Source: an uncultured Clostridia bacterium
Lineage (GTDB): Bacteria; Bacillota; Clostridia; Christensenellales; UBA1242
DNA length: 64,000 nt
Direction of reading: 5' to 3'
NCBI GenBank assembly: GCA_934778205.1
Contig: CAKVOD010000001.1
Coordinates: 59,037-123,036 of the forward strand
In this document: positions 7,659-16,370 of the stretch, piece after piece
How the letters are laid out: each line of letters begins with the position of its first letter
Numbering within the stretch: the first letter of the stretch is position 1
The notes under the pieces: model-generated
Told to the model about the DNA's origin: nothing
Seen by the model: only the letters and a program-made list of their open reading frames with translations
Databases searched by the model: none
Made by a program: the position numbers and the translations under genes

Positions 7659-8264
7659 TCATTGGGATTCGCGACTAGTTGTATTTTCGTTTGCCATAAT
7701 TTTTTGCGCTAGGGAGTCGAGGTCAATTTCAGCGACGCGGACAATAAAGTCCGCAAGTTGCTGCTCACTATAGAGCCACGGCGCGTCTTTGATTGCACAT
7801 TTGCCGTACTTTTCTTCAAGCGCGGAAACTTCGGAATGTTTATTTTTATAGTTTACCTTAAATGTTTTTGTCACAAACTCAAGCGTACAGTCATAGTCGT
7901 GGTAAAAACACCCTTTGATTTTTCTATCGTGCGTGTCATAATAGTTTTGCAGCACGTCAAAATTAATGAAGTCATTATAATACAAGAGATCAGTTACTAA
8001 ATGCAAAAAATAGCCCTTATCATAGTCAGTAATTATTGTATTGCAAGCAAGATATTTCTCAAGATGCGTTTTGTTGCCTAAGTTATCTTTCAGCGGCGTA
8101 CTTTCGTCAACTTTGTCGCCATAGTGTGTGACGTAACTATTATTCTTTTCCCAACTCAAAACATCGGGCGCGACAGCACCCCAAATAAAGTCGTCCAAAT
8201 CCTGCACTTTGTGGCGCTTTGCCCACTCTTGCGCAACCGCGATATGAACTGTCAAATTTGCCAT
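7659..8264 (-). CDS. Hypothetical protein (possibly a metal-dependent hydrolase or phospholipase-C-like fold)
   Basis: Start chosen at MANLTVHIAVAQEW (AAAGGA RBS). The longer track ORF would overlap cwlD. His/Asp-rich motifs (HIAVA, HLVTDLLYY) give only weak functional support. Confidence 0.5.
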   Translation of the reverse strand: MANLTVHIAVAQEWAKRHKVQDLDDFIWGAVAPDVLSWEKNNSYVTHYGDKVDESTPLKDNLGNKTHLEKYLACNTIITDYDKGYFLHLVTDLLYYNDFINFDVLQNYYDTHDRKIKGCFYHDYDCTLEFVTKTFKVNYKNKHSEVSALEEKYGKCAIKDAPWLYSEQQLADFIVRVAEIDLDSLAQKIMANENTTSRESQ

Positions 8265-8314
8265 TCCTTTCGTCCTTTTCTCATTAGAATTATACAGCTT
8301 TTCACTAAGTTTTG

Positions 8315-9010
8315 TCAAGCAACAACTGCAAGTAGCGCCGACGCAATGCAAAGGCAAATCTTTTTTTGATATTCGGTTGTTGTCAAAAGCCGTTCTTCCT
8401 CAGGGTTTGACAGAAACCCGCACTCGACCAATATTGACGGCTTGTCAATACACTTGAGTATATACAAATCGCCTGCCTGCGCCTCGGCACGCGCTGAATC
8501 AAGTTGTTTTTTGAAAATTTCTTGCAGTGTTTCGGCAAAAACTTTCCCAGTACCCTTTTCGTCATCATAAAAAACTTGCGCGCCGTGCGATGTACTTGCT
8601 GAGTACTTGTTCATATGAATACTAATCACGGCATCCGGATTTGTCGCCACAATAATTTCCTTGCGCTTGTTCATATCCTCGCGCTTGAATCCGTTTTTGA
8701 ACTGACTATACAACCCGTCCTTCGTGCTACGCGTCATAACTACATTGACGCTGTATTCTTCCAAAACTCCTTTCAACATTTGGCAGTACTTCAAATTGAG
8801 GTCGCTTTCAATCGTTCCATTCGCGCCCACCGCTCCAACATCAATTCCTCCGTGCCCCGCGTCAAGCACAACCGTCAGCGCGCGTTGAGGAATCGCATTC
8901 GATGCCACCATTTCGCCACGCAAAAAAACACTTACACACGCGACAAAAACAAGCACCGCCACACACAAAAAAACTATGTTTTTTTTCATATTCGCCATTC
9001 CGCACCACAC
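8315..9010 (-). CDS. cwlD: N-acetylmuramoyl-L-alanine amidase, Amidase_3 / CwlD-like
   Basis: VVLDAGHGGIDVGAVG, NPDAVISIHMN, SILVECGFLSNPEE motifs with an N-terminal signal/TM. The true start may be the internal MKKNIVF (8989). Confidence 0.85.
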   Translation of the reverse strand: MWCGMANMKKNIVFLCVAVLVFVACVSVFLRGEMVASNAIPQRALTVVLDAGHGGIDVGAVGANGTIESDLNLKYCQMLKGVLEEYSVNVVMTRSTKDGLYSQFKNGFKREDMNKRKEIIVATNPDAVISIHMNKYSASTSHGAQVFYDDEKGTGKVFAETLQEIFKKQLDSARAEAQAGDLYILKCIDKPSILVECGFLSNPEEERLLTTTEYQKKICLCIASALLAVVA

Positions 9011-9205
9011 AATAATGTTTTATCAATTTATCGCGCCTTTCAAACGCAATTTATCAATTTATTATATTGCTATAATCACCAGAATATGAGTCGCAAATAG
9101 TTTAGAAAATATGTTTTATTAAATAAAAAATTTTAGTTAAGCACTTTACAAAAACTCTTGTATATTATACACAAAACTGTGGTAAAAGCACCTTAAACAA
9201 CCAAG

Positions 9206-9250
9206 TTATGCACAAAGTTATCCACATTTGTGCAAAAAATGTGGATAACT
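9206..9250. other. Hairpin or terminator whose stem consists of inverted perfect DnaA-box 9-mers, plus a third near-perfect box
   Basis: ttatgcaca 9206-9214 (1 mismatch), ttatccaca 9218-9226, tgtggataa 9240-9248. Stem 9217-9228/9239-9250 followed by a T-run on the plus strand. Confidence 0.55.
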
Positions 9251-9417
9251 CGCTTTTTTTACCCACATTTTTTAGAACATTTTATCAAACGTTTTTTATA
9301 CCACTTTAATTGAAAGCAAAAATAATTTCTTTACAAAGCAATTTTGCATACTCTTTCTCTCTTTGAAAAGTACACAGACAACTAAATATATGCTAAATAT
9401 ATGCCCAAACCTATTTA

Positions 9418-9549
9418 GTGCCACTCGCCAAACCTGTAGCGACGGGGCTATCGCACCCGAGAACTATACCCTATAGAAAGTACTATGTGCGCCGTCCTCA
9501 AAAAATACTTAAGCGTAAGAACAGTACTTGTGGCTGCGCGCCATCGCGC
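9418..9549 (+). repeat. REP/BIME-like mosaic intergenic repeat (family A)
   Basis: gccactcgccaaacctGTAGcg-hairpin ... gcgccgtcctcaaaaaatacttaagcgtaagaacagtac ... gcgcg-ccat-cgcgc. Same module order as 26460-26630 and 49211-49375. Confidence 0.75.
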
Positions 9550-10242
9550 CTAGAAAAGGAGAATTGAACTGATAAGTCCGCCAATAAAAGTTATGCCAAA
9601 GCACATATACGCAAAACACCCACAAGGATAAGGCGCCTTTTTACAACAAGGTTTAATAAATGCACACTTTCCCCAATCGATGCACCCGAAATCAAGCCCA
9701 TTGCCCGCCTTTAGTTCATTGCAAGGGTCGCAACGGTTTGCCTCTGCCTCCGCCTTTGCTTCCTCCTCAGAGTTCTTTTGCAGTTTGAACTTGAACTTGT
9801 TGAGGTAAGCCTTTTTCATATCATACTTGCCACCATTGTCCTGCGTCTTTGGGTCTTGAGAACTACCACCTGCCGTTCCGCCACTAGAAGATGAACCGCT
9901 TGCACCTCCGCCCGCAACAGCATTAGCCTTCCCCCCAGACGCAGAACCTTTTGCTCCGCCAGAACGACCACGCGTAGCATTGTCACGCTTCATTTTGTTG
10001 ACTTCTGCCTTGCCGTTGCCTTTGCCACCATTTTTGCCGAGTGACTTGCCCGCCTCAGTCTTACCGCTACCCTGCGCCGACCCGCGCAAAGCATTGCGCG
10101 CGCCCGACGCCACATTCATAGCCGAACCCGCCGATTCTTTCATTTGCTCAGCAGCGCCACCCGCGCTTCCCGCGCTAGGAGAATCGTACTCTTCATCCGC
10201 GTCATATTGCAATGTATCAAAATTGTTATACTTATAATTCAT
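9550..10242 (-). CDS. Gly/Ser/Ala-rich low-complexity protein with a Cys-rich C-terminal region and hydrophobic tail
   Basis: ATG at 10242 lies 9 nt from AGGAGAA (the track start at 10248 is a TTG). Long GSAGG/GGKG stretch, then CDPC..GCIDWGKC..PCCKK..PCGCFAYMCFGITFIGGLISSILLF. Confidence 0.6.
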   Translation of the reverse strand: MNYKYNNFDTLQYDADEEYDSPSAGSAGGAAEQMKESAGSAMNVASGARNALRGSAQGSGKTEAGKSLGKNGGKGNGKAEVNKMKRDNATRGRSGGAKGSASGGKANAVAGGGASGSSSSGGTAGGSSQDPKTQDNGGKYDMKKAYLNKFKFKLQKNSEEEAKAEAEANRCDPCNELKAGNGLDFGCIDWGKCAFIKPCCKKAPYPCGCFAYMCFGITFIGGLISSILLF

Positions 10243-10253
10243 TTTCAATTCTC

Positions 10254-11090
10254 CTAAGGTGTAACGCTAATAGCATCGTGTGCAAATGTAGTCGTTGCGG
10301 TCGTCGCGGTGTCAAAAGCATTTGTCAATGAAATAAATATTTTAGCAAACTCAATAGCAGAGTTTTGAGTGCCGAACACCTTGTTCAAAAAGGTGTTGCA
10401 CTTAGCGTTGTATGTTTCGCTCAATTGATTCACTTGCATTGAAGCATTTGCAATTTTATATTGCTCTTTCGCTGTATCAGTTGTAGTTGTCGTTGAAATT
10501 GAATAATCAATTTTCAAGAACAAACTGCTTGGCAACGCCGAACCGTATGATTTCATCGACTTTTTCATTGTGGCAGTTGATAATTTCATCACAAGTGTGT
10601 GCGTGCCGTCCTCATTCACGACAAGCGAAATGATTTGAAAATTATCAAGCGCTACGTTTTCTTCTTCATTTGAGTGATAGATAGACGCAAGTAATAACTG
10701 CGCAAAATAAGAATATTCCTTGTCAGTGAACGCGAGTGTAGAGGTCACGCGCGCGTTGTTTTCTTTTTCAAGTGCGTCAATATCAAGGTAACCATTTTCC
10801 AAAAATAATGACGCGCAGTCCGCAAGTGCGACTGCTCCGCTTAGTTTATTCTTAACGGACGTCTTGTCTAAATCTGAGTACGTGTGTTGATAGAAAGCGG
10901 TTTCGTCAAATGATTCATTGAGTTTTGCCACGAACTCATCATACTCCGCCTGCGACGAGAAGCCAAGTTCCTGTAAAACAGAAGTTTTGAACGAGTCACG
11001 TATCAAATTGAACCCCGCAATGCTCCCCACAATGACAACAACAAGAACCAAAACGAGCGAACCCGCACAAGTCAAAAAACTTTTTTTCAT
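10254..11090 (-). CDS. Membrane-anchored or secreted hypothetical protein
   Basis: 278 aa with N-terminal TM LVLVLVVVIVGSIAGF and GGAG RBS. Confidence 0.6.
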   Translation of the reverse strand: MKKSFLTCAGSLVLVLVVVIVGSIAGFNLIRDSFKTSVLQELGFSSQAEYDEFVAKLNESFDETAFYQHTYSDLDKTSVKNKLSGAVALADCASLFLENGYLDIDALEKENNARVTSTLAFTDKEYSYFAQLLLASIYHSNEEENVALDNFQIISLVVNEDGTHTLVMKLSTATMKKSMKSYGSALPSSLFLKIDYSISTTTTTDTAKEQYKIANASMQVNQLSETYNAKCNTFLNKVFGTQNSAIEFAKIFISLTNAFDTATTATTTFAHDAISVTP

Positions 11091-11298
11091 CCGCTATCTC
11101 CAATACTTGAGAATGATGAACACAATCACTCCCACAAAAAGAATTGTCGGTATTAATTTGAATAAACAACCGCCTTTAAAAAACATACGCACTCCACTAA
11201 CTTTATTGTACTTGATTTTGAACTTTTTGTCAAGTATCCTACCACATATGAAAAAAGAAGCCACTTTCGCGACTTCTTTTCAATAAAATTCCCCAAAA

Positions 11299-12561
11299 TT
11301 ATTCAAATAGAGAATAGAAATTATCCCCCGTTTTAATTATATAATTAACTTCTACTTGCATATCATTTAGTGCTGAATCACTTGCAACAGCAGTTAAACA
11401 AAAACTCATAGGCTTAGGGTCTGAAGCCACTATCGTTTTTATCAAATACATCAGCCCTTCAGGCATAGATGAATCAGGATAATCTTCGCGCTCAATATAG
11501 ATGTTATTCCCAGAATATTTTCTCCACTTAGAATTTGCGTACCCGCTAGGATCCATAGTAGTACTTCCTAATCCCGCCTCTCTATCTAACATAATTTTTA
11601 AATCGCTTAAACTAGTATTCAGCACAATTTTGTTATTATTTGAATCATAGTCAAGCGAAGTTATGCTATAAGTCGAATTCCCCACTTTAACATCTACAAA
11701 AGACACACCAAGCACCAAATTCTCTTGAGTGCTTATAAATTGCGTAGGAGTTAACGGAATAGTTTCTTGCAAAACCAAACCTTTTACTGATTTACTTGCT
11801 ATATTTGTATTTTTGTAATCAACAATATCATAAACTTTTACCCCCCCCTCTCCCCCTATGTTAGAGGTGGTAGTACCCCATTCAACTGTATAGGCAATTG
11901 AAACATTTTTGCCTTGATATTTATTAGGAAGTCCAACAGTTGTGCTATCTCCTTTAGCATTGAAGCCATTCGTGACGCCTGTCGGTGCTATTCCTGAAAC
12001 ATTAAATTTAACTTTAGCCTTTGCATTTGCAACTGTGGCAGTTGACGCAAGAGTTGTTGCTACGCCCGCATCAGTAACAAGATAGACATATCCTGTATTA
12101 TCATTATTAAGAATGCCCCAGCGCGTTTCAGTTGTGTCAATTGATATTTCAAGCATATCCTTGACTGAGTCAGCGGTTATCATTATTTTCTCAGTAGTTG
12201 CATTTTTTTCCGCTTTAATGTTTGATTTGAATTCAGTATCACCAATTTTTATATTATTAAATTTAATTCTCACATATACAGGTTGCAACCCTGCAGTCGC
12301 CCCTGCATTATTATGGCCGTTCACTAGTTCCACAACACCAGTAGTTGCATTTTTGCTGTTTGGGTATATTTTAGTGGCGGTCTTAACTTCAGTACTAACC
12401 GTGAAATTATAGTTTGCAAGCAAAAAAGTGATTGTACCAGTAGCGGTCTTTTTGTCAGTGAGGGCGCCAAAGGTTGTAACAAGCACCATTGCAATGCACA
12501 AAACAAAAACTACCGCAAGGGTTATGATACCCTTCATTCCTTTATTAGACTTAGTTTCCAT
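11299..12561 (-). CDS. Secreted protein with a SipW-type (TasA/camelysin-like) signal region
   Basis: N-terminus ...IITLAVVFVLCIAMVLVTTFGALTDKKTATGT resembles the T-x-A-x-F-T-D SipW-dependent signal motif. Thr/Asn-rich, beta-type composition. Confidence 0.5.
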   Translation of the reverse strand: METKSNKGMKGIITLAVVFVLCIAMVLVTTFGALTDKKTATGTITFLLANYNFTVSTEVKTATKIYPNSKNATTGVVELVNGHNNAGATAGLQPVYVRIKFNNIKIGDTEFKSNIKAEKNATTEKIMITADSVKDMLEISIDTTETRWGILNNDNTGYVYLVTDAGVATTLASTATVANAKAKVKFNVSGIAPTGVTNGFNAKGDSTTVGLPNKYQGKNVSIAYTVEWGTTTSNIGGEGGVKVYDIVDYKNTNIASKSVKGLVLQETIPLTPTQFISTQENLVLGVSFVDVKVGNSTYSITSLDYDSNNNKIVLNTSLSDLKIMLDREAGLGSTTMDPSGYANSKWRKYSGNNIYIEREDYPDSSMPEGLMYLIKTIVASDPKPMSFCLTAVASDSALNDMQVEVNYIIKTGDNFYSLFE

Positions 12562-12747
12562 AACTACACTCCCCTAACTTTCGTTATTCTTCAACAATAT
12601 TTTACACAAAATGACAAAATAAGTCAAACAAATTTCGCACCTTTTTTATTATTTGTAGTTTTTGGGCAAATATTCCTCATTATATGGAATACTTTTTCCT
12701 TATTAATACAGTCAATGAGGTTGAGTACCCCATAATGAAACGGGTTG

Positions 12748-12907
12748 CCCTTCCGGGAGATTTCTCCGCTTCAGCGAAAATTGCATTTTCGCTTTCGGTC
12801 GAAATGACAAATGAGTTAGTGGCTTACCACAACTTCAATATATGAAGTATATAGGTTGAATCAGCCAAATCCGCACAAGTGGCGTCTGCCACCGGTCGAA
12901 ATGACAA
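12748..12907 (+). repeat. Intergenic repeat family B (CCCTTCCGGGAGATTTCTCC ... GGTCGAAATGACA x2)
   Basis: Same architecture as 18527-18706 and 63708-63866, with conserved ends and variable-sequence hairpins at fixed positions. The second half carries the family A hairpin gtggcgtctgccac. Confidence 0.75.
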
Positions 12908-12966
12908 ATAAGTGATTATCTCCCCATAAAAAATGTTAAATTATCCTAAAAATGCGGCATTCCCCC

Positions 12967-13995
12967 TTATTTTATGGTGGCGAGAATGCGAAGTTTCATA
13001 TCAAGCAGTTTCGTTTCGTAAGTGATTGTATGGGCGCTTTCAATTGACATACAACGATTTTCGTAATCGTCAATTAGTGTGCTTATTGCAGTGATGCCGT
13101 TTGCGTCAAATGTTAAATCTTCCAAAACATTGTCAAAACGCACGTTTGCAAGTTCAACATATTTTTCAAGCACGGAGCGCAGTTCGTCCGTTTGCCCGTT
13201 ATTGTAGACCAATAGATTATATTTGATTGAACGTAGCAAATCAAGCACGGTTTTGCAGTCAGCCAAATTTTGGTCACTTTTCAAATTGAGGTCGAGTTCT
13301 GCACGATAACCATTGATTTGCGCGGCGATAGTTTTGCTGAAGTTCATTAGTTCAGTTTCGTTGTAGTCAGCATACATTGCGATGAGTTTATCGACGCTTT
13401 TATTCTCAACTTTTCCTTTTGCGACGTCACATTTTTTTGCGACGGCTTTGACTAGGTCGTTTTTATTTGAAAAACTTGTTGTCAGTTGGTAGTCTTTGCC
13501 GAGCGTGTCGACGATTGACGATTCGTAAACACTTTTTGCTCTACCGCCGATTTGCGTTGTATCGACCATTGATATGCAAACGGGGTCGCCTTTGGCGATT
13601 AGCCCCAGTGCTTCGGCGTCTTGAACAATTGCTTTAATTGCGGTTGCGACAGGTTCGCCACAATAGTCCGTGCCGAGCAAAAGGACTTGCGCTTCTTTAT
13701 TGAGCGCGCGTTGCTTGATGACGGTATCATTTTTTGCGACAAATTCAACTTTCGGATTCATTTCGACAAGCACAAACGCTTCTTGCCCTTTTGGCAATGC
13801 AAACACAATGCTTGAGCAGACAACTGCGAGCAAGAGGCACGCAAACACGGGCAACATAAACAAACGAAACGTTTTTCGCGGTTTTACTTGTTGCATTGTA
13901 GTTTCAATGCCACATTCTTTGCGGATATTGTTCAAAACAATTTGATTTGGCTTTATGTCGTTGATTTCCTTTTTTAGCCTACGCTTAAAGTTCAT
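12967..13995 (-). CDS. Anti-sigma factor-like membrane protein
   Basis: Overlaps the stop of the sigma factor gene. Short N-terminal cytoplasmic segment, single TM (FRLFMLPVFACLLLAVVCSSIVFAL) and a large extracytoplasmic domain. Confidence 0.55.
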   Translation of the reverse strand: MNFKRRLKKEINDIKPNQIVLNNIRKECGIETTMQQVKPRKTFRLFMLPVFACLLLAVVCSSIVFALPKGQEAFVLVEMNPKVEFVAKNDTVIKQRALNKEAQVLLLGTDYCGEPVATAIKAIVQDAEALGLIAKGDPVCISMVDTTQIGGRAKSVYESSIVDTLGKDYQLTTSFSNKNDLVKAVAKKCDVAKGKVENKSVDKLIAMYADYNETELMNFSKTIAAQINGYRAELDLNLKSDQNLADCKTVLDLLRSIKYNLLVYNNGQTDELRSVLEKYVELANVRFDNVLEDLTFDANGITAISTLIDDYENRCMSIESAHTITYETKLLDMKLRILATIK

Positions 13996-14524
13996 AATCT
14001 CCCTCCTTGATGACTTTCTTTAGTTTTTTGAGTGCTTGTTGATAGCGCCACGTGATTGTGTTTGTATTACTCCCGAACATCTCTGCAATTTCTCTACGCT
14101 TGAAGCCTTTGATTAGCGATAGGACAACGATTTCATATTCGTCGGCGGACAAAATTTTTCTGCAGTCGTCCAAAAGACTTGCGCACTGGCGTGGGGTGGC
14201 GTTGTTGTCGCCTAGCGAATTGATTAGCACTTCGTCGTCGATGTCGGCATACGGTTTTTGCTTTTTTAGAATATTGAGTGCTTTGTTTTTTGCAATTGTG
14301 TAGACATAATTGATAATGTTATAGTTGTCGACGTCGATTTTTTTCATTCCTTTATATATTGCGACAAAGGATTCCTGCACGGCGTCCTCGGTGAGGTCTT
14401 TACGACGCAGTATTCCATATGCGACTGAGTATAGCAGACGATATGTACTATTGTAAAAGTCCTCAAATGCAGTGGCATCGCCGTTTTGCATTGATTTCAC
14501 TAGGTTGTTCAATTTCTTTTGCAT
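13985..14524 (-). CDS. ECF-type sigma-70 family RNA polymerase sigma factor
   Basis: Region 2 (LLYSVAYGILRRKDLTEDAVQESFVAIY) and region 4 HTH (EYEIVVLSLIKGFKRREIAEMFGSNTNTITWRYQQALKKLK). Confidence 0.85.
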   Translation of the reverse strand: MQKKLNNLVKSMQNGDATAFEDFYNSTYRLLYSVAYGILRRKDLTEDAVQESFVAIYKGMKKIDVDNYNIINYVYTIAKNKALNILKKQKPYADIDDEVLINSLGDNNATPRQCASLLDDCRKILSADEYEIVVLSLIKGFKRREIAEMFGSNTNTITWRYQQALKKLKKVIKEGDYEL

Positions 14525-14599
14525 ACTTCATTGTTTCCAAAATGTTTTTTATATTGTACCACCTTTTCACTTAATATACAACTCTTTCCCCTCATTTTG

Positions 14600-14940
14600 T
14601 TGGTGGCGTACGCCACTGGTGCAGGTTTGGCGAGTGGCACAATACAAACGGGAGTACATAGTCAACTAACTATGTACCTTCGTTTAAAGTAAACCCCGCC
14701 ACTACAGGTTTGGTAAGTGACACTATATTTGCTTGAGTACATAGTAAATAGACTTGATGACTTCTTCCGCGGGGTATCACTGCCACAGATACTGTGCCTA
14801 CAAGTAAGTTTATTTTGTCGACGACGCACTTTTTAATTTTCTATTTAGCGCTGTGTATAATAGGACGCAACTGCCATAGGCTCCGTCACTACACCACAAT
14901 ATTTTGTGGACTGCACACTTTTTTGCTTTCTATTTAACTA
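14600..14940 (-). repeat. REP/BIME-like mosaic intergenic repeat array (family A, inverted orientation)
   Basis: ggtggcgtacgccactggtgcaggtttggcgagtggc; ccccgccaCTACaggtttgg; cgcggggtatcac..ccacagatactgtgcctacaagtaag. Several degenerate units. Confidence 0.7.
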
Positions 14941-15044
14941 TTTTATCATAAAGAACGCCCTTATTTGCAAAAAGCGTACGGCAAAAAATGTCGTGCGCTT
15001 TTTGTTTTTGTTGTTAGTGCGGTTTTGTTTGTAGCGTAAAATGA

Positions 15045-16166
15045 TTACGGCAATAAATCTTCAGTTTTGTCAAGTTTGTTGATGATAATTGATACCATAG
15101 GCACTGTAAAATAGGAATTTGAGATTGTTTGCGTAATATCAGCGCCGACGATATAAATACTCTTTTTTTGAACGTTGACAAGTTCATATTTTTTAGTCGT
15201 ATCAACGACTGTGAGTAGCCCTTGCCCAAATGTGTTGGTGGCAACTTCGGTTGGAGTCCACGTGTTGGTTGAGGCTAGGACGTCGTCCGTGCCAACAATG
15301 CGGAATGCGACTGCGACAAAGTCGGTTTTATGACTAAAGTCGGCACCCGTTTTTTTGACATAGGCATTGGTAGAAAACGTAATCATATAAACGCCTGTTT
15401 CGGCAAAAGATATTGTGTTTTCGGTTGTATCAAGCAAGACAACTGCCCCATTATCTAATTCCATACGCGACAGTGGCAAGCGCGCGTTACTTGCAACCTC
15501 AAGCCCGTTTTCGGGAAATGTCTGCGGGTCGGCATAACTGATGATATATGCGCCCTTTAGTTCAGCCACTCCAGTTGCCCCACGCTCCCCCGTTGCTCCA
15601 CGCTCGCCTTGTTCGCCTTTTGGTCCAATAGGTCCAACGTCGCCTTGCAACCCTTGCGCCCCGCGTTCGCCCGTTGCACCCTTGTCGCCTTTCGCGCCCG
15701 TTACTCCTTTTTCGCCCTTAGCGCCGTCAAAGCCACGCGGTATTTGAAAATCTAAATAATGGACGCCGTCTTTGAAGCGATCTACAACTTCCGCGTCATC
15801 TCCAGATGGCATTGTTTGCACTGTCCCAGCGCGTATGATATCATTTTTCCCACGAGGTATATAAAAATCAAGATACGTCGTATTCCCATCAATTTCAGGA
15901 ACAACGCGCGCATCAATTTCGGGTTCGGTCGTGATTGTGTTTCGTGCAACTACATTTGTTCCGTTCGCACCTGTCGCACCCTGAATACCTTGTGCACCTG
16001 TCGCACCGCGCAAACCTTGTTCCCCCCGCGCACCTGTTGCGCCTGTCGCACCTGTCGCACCCGTTGCGCCGTGAAACCTTTGTATGCGCCTTATTGGGTA
16101 TCCTTCTCTGCCACCCAAACTACCAAGCATCCAGCCACAGCACCCACATTGAAAAATATTGTCCAT
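15045..16166 (-). CDS. Collagen-like triple-helix repeat protein, BclA-like (exosporium-type)
   Basis: GATGATGATGATGARGEQGLRGATGAQGIQGATGANG and a second GxY block (GAKGEKGVTGAKGDKGATGERGAQGLQGDVGPIGPKGEQGERGATGERGATG), then a roughly 170-aa beta-rich C-terminal domain. Confidence 0.85.
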   Translation of the reverse strand: MDNIFQCGCCGWMLGSLGGREGYPIRRIQRFHGATGATGATGATGARGEQGLRGATGAQGIQGATGANGTNVVARNTITTEPEIDARVVPEIDGNTTYLDFYIPRGKNDIIRAGTVQTMPSGDDAEVVDRFKDGVHYLDFQIPRGFDGAKGEKGVTGAKGDKGATGERGAQGLQGDVGPIGPKGEQGERGATGERGATGVAELKGAYIISYADPQTFPENGLEVASNARLPLSRMELDNGAVVLLDTTENTISFAETGVYMITFSTNAYVKKTGADFSHKTDFVAVAFRIVGTDDVLASTNTWTPTEVATNTFGQGLLTVVDTTKKYELVNVQKKSIYIVGADITQTISNSYFTVPMVSIIINKLDKTEDLLP

Positions 16167-16370
16167 ATTATCTCCTATTACATATACTATTCTCTTTCAT
16201 TTTATTACGCCTCCCCGCGCTTTGTTACTACTCAATCATTCCTTTCCCATACCACGCCCATCTGCACGACGTTTACTACGTAAAATAGAATTGAAAAAAA
16301 ATAGGAAGAACTAATCTTTTCTTCCTATCAGTTTTTAAAATTCCTCGTATTAAACCTAGTATAAAAAAAA

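Noticed and set aside
8615-9100. 161-aa plus-strand ORF opposite cwlD, and 8383-8568 in an alternative frame
   Set aside because: They are antisense to or out of frame with a gene carrying unambiguous Amidase_3 motifs.
9011-9549. The 540-bp AT-rich non-coding region with three DnaA boxes considered as oriC
   Set aside because: There is no dnaA, dnaN or other origin-proximal gene nearby and only three boxes. There is no clear switch of gene orientation at this point, and an almost identical box-containing hairpin at 22121-22163 acts as an ordinary terminator. Kept only as a DnaA-box hairpin observation.
15930-16090. 9-nt periodic DNA repeat (ggtgcgac/ggtgcaac-type) that could be mistaken for a tandem-repeat locus or CRISPR-like array
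   Set aside because: It is the coding sequence of GATGATGATGATGARGEQG... triplets. There is no repeat-spacer structure and no cas genes.
15541-16288. Plus-strand ORFs (68, 174 and 117 aa) opposite the collagen-like gene
   Set aside because: Their Pro/Arg/Cys-rich translations are the antisense reading of GxY codon repeats. The minus-strand ORF has a strong RBS and a coherent collagen plus globular-domain sequence.
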